A stretch of 27,059 nt of DNA from a virus (taxonomy: Duplodnaviria > Caudoviricetes). The stretch spans positions 1-27,059 of the IMG/VR virus record IMGVR_UViG_3300006869_000083; one strand, 5' to 3'. The position numbers and the translations under genes were made by a program. Below the pieces are notes generated by a model. It saw only the letters and a program-made list of their open reading frames with translations, ran no database searches and had not been told where the DNA came from. Below are positions 1 to 7,700 of this stretch, in pieces (the first letter of the stretch is position 1; each line of letters begins with the position of its first letter).

Positions 1-1074
1 GCTGTATTTTCAGTGTTCAACAATTTAGATTCCGATGGAGATGTTGTAGTACCTGGTGCTATTAAATCAGGCTTCAAATCAGGTGACGTTCCAATGGTAT
101 GGGCTCACAAATGGGATATGCCAATTGGCAAAGGACAAATCACTTCAGATGGCGATAAAGCCACATTTAATGGTGAGTTCTTTATGGATACTGAATCTGG
201 CAAAGAGGCTTATAAAATAGTTAAAAACATGGGTGACATGCAACAATGGTCATTCGGTTATAGAGTGAATGACTCAGAGAGGGGACAGTTTGGCGACGAT
301 GAAAAAGACGCTAGATTTCTTAAAGACCTCACAGTTTATGAAGTTTCACCAGTTCTTGTTGGAGCTAATCAAGATACATACACAATGGCGATTAAATCAA
401 ACACAGAACTATTAGAAGAATTGACAGGAGTTGAAGAAGACCAAAAAGGTGTTCTTGGTAACTCTACATTCTTTGAACAAGAACCAGAAGATGAAGCTGG
501 TGATGACACAGATGATGTCAAATGCTCTAACTGTCAAGATATGATTGATAATCCAGAAAAATACTTGAAGGAATTATCAGAATCTGTCGAAGAAGTTAAA
601 GAAGAGATTTCAGAGGAAGGTTCTAAATCTTTCTCGGAACAAGTCAAAGATGTGCTTGCTGCATTAAACGACTTGATGGTACGAGCTACCGCCATAGCGA
701 TGTTGCGTGCCAAAGATGGAAGGAAATTAGGCGAAAAAGCCACTGAAGCACTACGTGCAGTTCAGGATGACCTACAAGATGCTTGGGTTGAAATAGACCA
801 ATTTATCGATAATGTAGGTGACACTGAAGATGTAGTTGTTGAGGATAGCGTTGACGTAGAAGAAGAACAATCAGTTGAGGAAATTGAAGACGTCGACACA
901 GAGGAACCTGTAGTCGAAGAAGTCGAGGTTGAATCCAACCCAGAGGTTGAACCAGTCCAAGCTGAAGATAACACTGATTCCGTTGATGAAGAGGCTGAAG
1001 CTTTATGGTTAGAGGCACAGCAAAATATTGCTGAGTCTTTGGATGCTGAATTAGAAGTAGAAGACAATATATAG
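1..1074 (+). CDS. HK97-family prohead maturation protease with long acidic C-terminal extension (5' end outside window)
   Basis: Frame 1 is open from base 1 (AVFSVFNNLDSDGDVVVPGA). Motifs WAH (His), WSFGY (Ser) and EVSPV..GAN match the HK97 protease family; lies directly upstream of the capsid gene. Confidence 0.92.
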   Translation, partial: AVFSVFNNLDSDGDVVVPGAIKSGFKSGDVPMVWAHKWDMPIGKGQITSDGDKATFNGEFFMDTESGKEAYKIVKNMGDMQQWSFGYRVNDSERGQFGDDEKDARFLKDLTVYEVSPVLVGANQDTYTMAIKSNTELLEELTGVEEDQKGVLGNSTFFEQEPEDEAGDDTDDVKCSNCQDMIDNPEKYLKELSESVEEVKEEISEEGSKSFSEQVKDVLAALNDLMVRATAIAMLRAKDGRKLGEKATEALRAVQDDLQDAWVEIDQFIDNVGDTEDVVVEDSVDVEEEQSVEEIEDVDTEEPVVEEVEVESNPEVEPVQAEDNTDSVDEEAEALWLEAQQNIAESLDAELEVEDNI

Positions 1075-1086
1075 GAGATATATACA

Positions 1087-2322
1087 GTGAGTAATGTTAA
1101 TGAGCTCAAAGAGCAAATTGCAAAATCTCGTGAAGAGCTAAAAGCTGCTTTTGATTCACAAGAAGACGGCAAGTACACTCCTGAGGCCAAAGAGAAAATC
1201 AAAGGTCTCAACGATGAACTAGCTGGACTTGTTGATGATTTAAAAATCGAAGAAGCAAAAGCTAAAAACGAGAAAGCTCTCGAAGTAGAAGATAACACAC
1301 CAGTTAACTCTATTCCTAATGCTATGCCAGAGCAAAAAGGTCCACAAACAATTGGGGAACAATTTGCTAGCACTGATGCATACAAAGCATATGTGGAAAA
1401 AGGAGTTAAAGGTGTTGATTCTCAAGCAGAGTTTAAAACAACTTTAAATACCACTGGTTATCCACCAGAGAGCCTAAGAGCTCCTGGAATCCTAGAGACC
1501 GCTCTTCGTAATCCAGATAGCGTTATTGGATTGTTTGACCAAATTCAAACATCACAAAATGCTTATGTTTACTTAGAAGAGACAACTTTTACTAACAATG
1601 CAGGTTCTATTGCAGAATCAGGAGACATCTCCTCTTCATTAGAATCAGCACTTGCATTTACAGAAAGAACAGAATCCATCAGAAAGATGGCTACATTCTT
1701 GCCTGTAACTGACGAATTGTTAGCTGATGTTGCTGGTATCCAAGGATATGTCAACTCACGTTTATCAACAATGATGAAGTTGAATATGGACAACCAATTA
1801 ATTAATGGTAATGGTACAGCTCCTAATTTAACTGGTGTATTACAAAAATCCGGAATCAATACATTTGATTACGCTTTACCATACGCTGGAGAATTAGGAA
1901 AGCTTGGACAAATTTATCAAGCAATTACAGAAATCAGAAAAGACGCTTTCGTTGAACCTGATGCAATTGTAATGCACCCATCAGACTGGTATCAAATCGT
2001 TACATCAGTAACTGACGTTGACACAAGTGGTTCTAAGAACCCATTGTTCGTCGTTGCTGGCGGATTCGGTGCTGATGCTGCTCCAAGAATTTGGGGTCTA
2101 AGGGTAGTTCCTTCAACAGTTATTGCTGAAGGCACAATGCTTGTAGGTAAGTTCGGCGGTGGCGACGCAGCTCAAGTAATTATGAGAGAAGGCGTTGACC
2201 TAGCTGTTTCCGACAGCCATAGCGATTTCTTCGCAAAGAACCAATTGGCAATTAGATTAACTATGCGTCTTGGTTTTGCGATTTATCGCCCAACAGCATT
2301 CTGTACTATTACTAACGTATAG
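1087..2322 (+). CDS. HK97-fold major capsid protein with N-terminal coiled-coil (delta) domain
   Basis: AGGAG RBS and GTG start; charged helical N-terminus; motifs RKMATFLPVTDELLAD, LINGNGT, VMHPSDW, FAKNQLAIR and RPTAF are typical of HK97 capsids. Confidence 0.95.
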   Translation: MSNVNELKEQIAKSREELKAAFDSQEDGKYTPEAKEKIKGLNDELAGLVDDLKIEEAKAKNEKALEVEDNTPVNSIPNAMPEQKGPQTIGEQFASTDAYKAYVEKGVKGVDSQAEFKTTLNTTGYPPESLRAPGILETALRNPDSVIGLFDQIQTSQNAYVYLEETTFTNNAGSIAESGDISSSLESALAFTERTESIRKMATFLPVTDELLADVAGIQGYVNSRLSTMMKLNMDNQLINGNGTAPNLTGVLQKSGINTFDYALPYAGELGKLGQIYQAITEIRKDAFVEPDAIVMHPSDWYQIVTSVTDVDTSGSKNPLFVVAGGFGADAAPRIWGLRVVPSTVIAEGTMLVGKFGGGDAAQVIMREGVDLAVSDSHSDFFAKNQLAIRLTMRLGFAIYRPTAFCTITNV

Positions 2323-2329
2323 TACTGAC

Positions 2330-2366
2330 GGTTTATAAGGGCGGATTTGTATTCGCCCTTATAACC
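2330..2366 (+). terminator. Stem-loop after capsid gene (possible terminator or mRNA-processing/stability element)
   Basis: Perfect 11-bp inverted repeat TTATAAGGGCG (2333-2343) / CGCCCTTATAA (2354-2364), extendable inward by G-U, A-U, U-A around a TTGT loop. No following U-tract. Confidence 0.65.
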
Positions 2367-2383
2367 ATAAGAGGAGAAATAAA

Positions 2384-2512
2384 ATGAATTCCAATTTAAC
2401 ATCATTTGGATATATAGAAAGAGACGAAAAGTTTTTTGAAGATTCTGAAAAAATTTTACAAAGATTTAAAATCAAAGCAACTATGGAAGTTGCCATGGAA
2501 GAAGAGGAGTAA
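2384..2512 (+). CDS. Small acidic hypothetical protein (42 aa; not in ORF track)
   Basis: GAGGAG RBS at 2371-2376; MNSNLTSFGYIERDEKFFEDSEKILQRFKIKATMEVAMEEEE; stop overlaps the next start (TAATG). Confidence 0.75.
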   Translation: MNSNLTSFGYIERDEKFFEDSEKILQRFKIKATMEVAMEEEE

Positions 2513-2613
2513 TGCCTAGAGGCAGACCAAAATCATACAGGATGGGTGGACGGGTTCGTCCTAAAAAGATGAAGCGTGGTGGCCGAGTTCGTAGACCTAG
2601 GAGAAGACGATAA
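2512..2613 (+). CDS. Arg-rich protamine-like micro-protein with AT-hook-like motif (33 aa; not in ORF track)
   Basis: MPRGRPKSYRMGGRVRPKKMKRGGRVRRPRRRR; 13 Arg + 4 Lys, no acidic residues; TAATG overlaps at both ends. Confidence 0.7.
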   Translation: MPRGRPKSYRMGGRVRPKKMKRGGRVRRPRRRR

Positions 2614-2675
2614 TGGGTTATAACAAACCAAAAAAACGCAGTACAAGTAAAAAACCAAAAAAAACTAGAAGATAG
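2613..2675 (+). CDS. Lys-rich micro-protein (20 aa; not in ORF track)
   Basis: MGYNKPKKRSTSKKPKKTRR; AGGAG at 2599-2603, 9 nt before the ATG; TAATG coupling to the upstream ORF. Confidence 0.55.
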   Translation: MGYNKPKKRSTSKKPKKTRR

Positions 2676-2677
2676 GT

Positions 2678-2683
2678 TAGGAT
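2678..2683 (+). promoter_or_regulatory. Putative -10 box (TAGGAT) of a leaderless promoter
   Basis: TANNNT exactly 6 nt before ATG 2690. The overlapping AGGA could alternatively be a weak RBS. Confidence 0.4.
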
Positions 2684-2689
2684 AGCATT

Positions 2690-2968
2690 ATGTATACAAT
2701 ATTAGATACCAACGTTTATAAATTACCTGACGGAAAAATTTGGAAAGGTGTTCCAGCAGATTTACCATCATCTCAAGCTGATTTGATTGCTAAAGCTGGT
2801 AAAGAGTATCCAACTGAATGGCTTAAAGAGCAAGGTGCTCTTGATAAACCTAAAAAAGCAGCTCCTGCTAAAAAAGTAGAAGCTGAAAAGGTTGAAGAAA
2901 AAGCTGAAGTTAAAGCTCAAAAACCTGCTGAAAATAAAGCCGTCAAAGCTAAAGTAGAAGACAAGTAA
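2690..2968 (+). CDS. Small Lys/Ala/Glu-rich hypothetical protein, probably head-associated
   Basis: 92 aa with low-complexity tail (KKAAPAKK...PAENKA); sits between capsid and adaptor genes. Confidence 0.7.
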   Translation: MYTILDTNVYKLPDGKIWKGVPADLPSSQADLIAKAGKEYPTEWLKEQGALDKPKKAAPAKKVEAEKVEEKAEVKAQKPAENKAVKAKVEDK

Positions 2969-2985
2969 CTCAGGAGGTCTAACTT

Positions 2986-3645
2986 ATGGCTTTCTGTACA
3001 GCTGCAGATGCAGAAGCATTTGCTCTTATAGACTTTTCATCAGATTTAGAAAATCATCTAACTAATGAATTAATTCCTTTAGTCGAAGATGCTATTAGAG
3101 AATATGTAGGTTATACAGTAGATTATGGAACTTACACTGATACATTTTCAGGAAATCAGACCAGAGAATATTTCTTAGACGAAAGACCTGTAAACTCTGT
3201 TACTTCAGTAGTAGAAGACGGAACAACACTTACTTACGGCAATCAAGAAGATTTCTTATGGTATTCAAACGGAAGAATAAGAAGAATAGGTTCTCGTTGG
3301 TCTTTTGCTTATCCTGATAATGTCAGTGTTACATATACAGCTGGATATAACACAGGAGGTGGCGTAGGTCCTGCTCTACCTAATAACTTTAGAGTGGTAA
3401 CTGCTAGAGCTTCAGCTAGATTATTAGAATCTGCATTAGTTTTATCTGCTCAACAAGAACCTGATGAAATTGTTGCACAAAAACCTTCAGCTAATCAAGT
3501 GTCTAACTTTATTGCTACAGACTCTGAATCTGTAGGAGACTATCAAATTAATTATGTAGGTAACTTAGCTATGAACTCTGTATCTGTTTTATCTGGTGCA
3601 GATTTAGCAATGTTAGGTAAATATAAGAAAACATTTTTTATTTAA
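2986..3645 (+). CDS. Head-tail adaptor/connector protein (gp6-like)
   Basis: AGGAGG RBS; AIREYVG, LDERPVNSVTSV, VSVTYTAGY and ESVGDYQINY are patterns of phage adaptor proteins; expected position. Confidence 0.8.
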   Translation: MAFCTAADAEAFALIDFSSDLENHLTNELIPLVEDAIREYVGYTVDYGTYTDTFSGNQTREYFLDERPVNSVTSVVEDGTTLTYGNQEDFLWYSNGRIRRIGSRWSFAYPDNVSVTYTAGYNTGGGVGPALPNNFRVVTARASARLLESALVLSAQQEPDEIVAQKPSANQVSNFIATDSESVGDYQINYVGNLAMNSVSVLSGADLAMLGKYKKTFFI

Positions 3646-3648
3646 TAC

Positions 3649-3654
3649 TATAAT
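3649..3654 (+). promoter_or_regulatory. Putative -10 box (TATAAT)
   Basis: Consensus hexamer in the 18-nt intergenic gap, 9 nt before ATG 3664. Confidence 0.35.
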
Positions 3655-3663
3655 GTAGGTATT

Positions 3664-4326
3664 ATGCCTGCAAGAAAAGCACCATCACCAGAAGAAGCTA
3701 AAAAATTATTTTTATCATACCCTAACAAAAAACTATCTTACTGGGCTGATGAATGGGGAATAACAATAGAAAGAGTACGTCAAATTAAACTTGAATCAGG
3801 TGTTGGTTCAAAGTTTGATATAAATTATGATGTCGCTAAACAAATAGCTAATAAGATAGCTAGTGGTGAATACACATTAACCCAAATGGAACTTTATGAT
3901 GAGTTTCCTATAGGAAGAGAAGCTTTTATGACTTGGATTAGAAAGTCAGAAGATATAGAAAGCTTAGTTTTAAACGCACAAAAAATTGCTAAAAAAAATA
4001 AATTAAATCCTAATGATAAAGAGTGCAAGAAATGTAACTCTATTAAAAGTGTTGATAATTTTACAAAAAGTCAAAAATACATAGACGGTAGATTACCTTG
4101 GTGTGAAAGTTGCGTAAGTGAAAGTCTTGATAGGGAACGTGCTGAGGGAAAAGAAAAATCTACAAAAAAAATATGTTTACTTTGTAAAAAGCAAAAATCA
4201 CTTAAATCATTTACTGCAAATAAAAACTATAGAGATGGGTTAGTTCCTTTTTGTAAGACATGTAAATCTAAATCTAGAAGAGCCAAGAGAGCAATATCTA
4301 CCAAAATTACTGATACCATAAATTAA
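3664..4326 (+). CDS. HTH plus tandem Cys4 zinc-finger DNA-binding protein
   Basis: WGITIERVRQI resembles a sigma-70 region-4-type HTH; two repeats CKKC..KSVDNF..DG..WCESC and CLLC..KSLKSF..DG..FCKTC; basic C-terminus. Confidence 0.7.
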   Translation: MPARKAPSPEEAKKLFLSYPNKKLSYWADEWGITIERVRQIKLESGVGSKFDINYDVAKQIANKIASGEYTLTQMELYDEFPIGREAFMTWIRKSEDIESLVLNAQKIAKKNKLNPNDKECKKCNSIKSVDNFTKSQKYIDGRLPWCESCVSESLDRERAEGKEKSTKKICLLCKKQKSLKSFTANKNYRDGLVPFCKTCKSKSRRAKRAISTKITDTIN

Positions 4327-4335
4327 GAATCTAAC

Positions 4336-4344
4336 TGTTAGAGT
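4336..4344 (+). promoter_or_regulatory. Putative extended -10 (TGtTAGAGT) of a leaderless promoter
   Basis: TGn-TANNNT ending 6 nt before ATG 4351; no clear Shine-Dalgarno. Confidence 0.45.
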
Positions 4345-4350
4345 GTTCTT

Positions 4351-4701
4351 ATGGTTGGAAAATTAAGCACAAGATTATTTACTGATAAAGTTAACATCCA
4401 AAGAATTAGCGATACTTCTATAGATGAAAGAGGACTTGAGAGTACAGACTGGTCAACAATAAGTACTAATGTAAAATGTCACATACAAAATTTAGGAAGT
4501 CAAGAAAACAGAGCTGGTAGAAATACAGTATTAACAAACTTTATAATTCAAATACCTAGTGATGTTGATGTAAAAGCAAGCGATAGATTACAAGATACTG
4601 TTAACACAGACGTATATTATGAAATAGATGGAGTCAGGAAATCTACTACTCCAACAAATAGAACGCTAGGACTGGTAATAACAGCACACGCATTTGAATA
4701 A
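4351..4701 (+). CDS. Head-closure (stopper) protein, SPP1 gp16-like
   Basis: 116 aa; VNIQR..DERG...W...NVKC and DVKASDRL...YEIDG patterns; position after the adaptor. Confidence 0.8.
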   Translation: MVGKLSTRLFTDKVNIQRISDTSIDERGLESTDWSTISTNVKCHIQNLGSQENRAGRNTVLTNFIIQIPSDVDVKASDRLQDTVNTDVYYEIDGVRKSTTPTNRTLGLVITAHAFE

Positions 4702-7700
4702 TGGCTTACAGATTAGGTAGCGCCACAAGACAGTTTTTTAAAACTGGTGGAATAACTCTCACAGATAAAAGTTCTAAATATGGGCCAGGTAAAATACCTT
4801 TATTTAAAAGCCTTAAAAATTTAAATCCTAGAGAAAGAGTATATGCGGTTGGTTATAACTTAACTACATTAGGTTCTTTTGGTTTAGATTTAGGTCAAAT
4901 AGTAAGCGTTCCATATCTAATTGGTGAATATACAAACACTGCTCGTTCAGTTGTAAAAAACTTAAAACAACCAACAAATTTACTTGGTGGTCAGGTATTG
5001 AAAAGACAGAAATTATTAGGTGGTGCAAAATATGTTGGTAAGACTAAAGGTGCAATTTCTAGAGCATTAAGAACTGGTACTCCTGTAGATAGAGCTACAA
5101 ATATTATATTAGGTAGAGAGTCAGCTGGCTTATTAAAAAACATTAGAGAGTTTGGTTCAGCTGGAGCTTTGATGGAAGTAGTTCAAACTGCTGATGCTAG
5201 AAAAATGGATGCTGAGATACTAAGACAAGCTCAACTACCAAGTAAGAATAATGTATTTCAGAAATGGCAAGTTTTAACATTTACAGAAGCTTTTAAAGGA
5301 GCTCCTGACCCATTTAGAGATAATCCTATGCGTAAAGCTGAAAAAATAAGGAGTAAGACAGTCAAAACTAAAGGTGACACTTTTGATGTAACTTCTCTTC
5401 AATTTAATCAAGATTTAAATGTAGGTATCAACGCTACTAGAGCTAATCAACTTATGTCAATAGCAGACGCTCAAAACTTTGGTGGGGCAGCCGGATTTCA
5501 AGGAGATATAGTTAATTCAATTTTAGATGCAGAATCTCTTGATTATTTTAAAGGTAAAAATAAATACGAAAAGCTATCTACTGAAAGAAGAATAAGAGCT
5601 ATGGAACAAGCTGAATACAACTCTATTGGAAAAATTATGCGTAGCAACAGTACTCAAACTAGAGATTACGAAGATAGAGAAACTTTAAAAGAAGGTTACA
5701 CGCATCTTAATACTGCTAGAAATGAAAGAGGAGAAAAGGTTCAAGATATTGTTTACGACCCTGAAAACCAAAGAATGAGTACCCTTAAACAAAGAGATTT
5801 ACAAAACAAATTAAATGCAGAATTTTTACGTTCGTGGCATAACGATATTGGTGCTGGCGGTGCTGTTGATTTTGATGTATTATCATCATTTGAATTAGGA
5901 CCTGACATTTTAAATGAAATGAAAAATGTAGCAGCTGCTTTTAACTTTCCATTTCCAAAATTAGATAAAATGAGTGCCGCTGGAATGACAGACTTACTTA
6001 CACAAATGGTAACTACAGTTAGTTCATTTGAAGTAAAACAAGGATTTTTTGTAGGTGCTGGTATGCAAGCTTCATCTTTACAAAATTTAGTTGATGCACT
6101 TAGGAAAAATGGATATACCACTTTAGCTAAGGTTATAAAATCACAAGCTGGTTTTACAAAAAAAAGTAATCCTGGATTAGATATTCTTCCTTTTAACTTA
6201 AACAAAGGATTCTTAAAAGGAAGAAACAACATTATTAATAATTTGCAAGGTGCTATGAATCAAGGTGTCTTATATAGTTTAGTTTCTGGTAAGAATCCTG
6301 GTGATGTTGATTTAGGATATAGGTTCCAGCCAACAGGAGATATATTCAGCAACACAAAAATGATGAGAGAGTATTTAGGAAGAAAAGGAAGTACTAAATA
6401 CTCTTTAGGTAAAATACAATTTCTTGATTCTGATACTGGTCCTCCTGTAGTTAAAAGCTATAGAGGTGTAACTGGAGACCACATGACTTTACCTAAAACA
6501 AAAAAATATTTTAACAAATTGGGTGTGGGAGATGTCACTGGTGGTGGTTCTGGTTTTCATTCGACTGTAAAAGAACCTAATAGAGATAGGTATTTTTCAT
6601 ATGAAGACTTTTTATCTGGAAATGTAAAAGGTATGTCTGTTGAATTAGCTCCTAATGGTAAATTTAAAAAATTACATTTGACCGGTAGTGTTCATAGACA
6701 ATTTAAAAAAACAGGAAAAGTTTATGGAAAACCCGAACAATGGTGGATGAATAAATTAACAAGAATGCACAGCGAATTTGCAAACAATTTAAAGCTAATA
6801 GGTATGGGTAGTATTTTAAATGAATTAACAGGAGCAACAGTAAGTACAGATAAAGGTAGTCTTACTAGAAAAATTGAAAAAGCTATGTTAGATAATGGTA
6901 AAAGGTCTAACCTTATTGAAAATATGACAGGTACAACATATGGAGGTTCAGTATTTCATGAAGGCAAAACTAGCTTTCAGGGAAAATCTACTGCTTTAAA
7001 AAATAGTCACAACTATGTACCAACTAGAGGGCAAATCAGAAAATCTATACATATGCATGATATGGATAGATTCGGTAGAAATGAAAATGACGGAACTCCA
7101 TACTTGTTTAGATTTTCAGTTTCTGCTGGTGGTAGTAATAAAAACTCTAAAACAGCTGACGCTATTAGAGATATAGCTCAGATAGAATATGGCGGATTTG
7201 CTCACGATAAAAACATGCAAATAGAAAAAAGAACTGATGGTATGTTTTTCTTACCTTCTCACTTTATGGGTATAGCAGGTACTAAATCAGCTGCATACTT
7301 AGGAATATGGGACAAAGGAACAGAGTTTAGAAGCAATGTCGACGGTATGGATTTTGCAGCAAAAATTTCTGGTTCAGGAGCTATAAGTCCTTTGGATTTA
7401 AAAGGTGATGGTCCCAATAGAAGTAGAACTAGATTTGACGTAAAACAAATTAAAGAAGATATGAGACAGGGTAAAAATCGTTTAGCAAAATTAGAAAAAG
7501 ATTTAACACAAGTATTTAAAGATGGTGCTAGAACCAACTCTAGTTTTAATAGTGCAGAGGCAAGAATTGCTTCACAGAAATCTTTAGCCTTATTTAGAAA
7601 TACTGGTCAATTTGGAAATATGAGTGGTGGAGATTTGTTTACTTCTATGGATGATGTTACTAGAGGAAACTTAGGAATTACTGGTGATAAAGTAGCTTCA

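Noticed and set aside
13-15. GTG start assigned to the protease
   Set aside because: The frame is open from base 1 and the family motif continues upstream, so the true start is outside the window.
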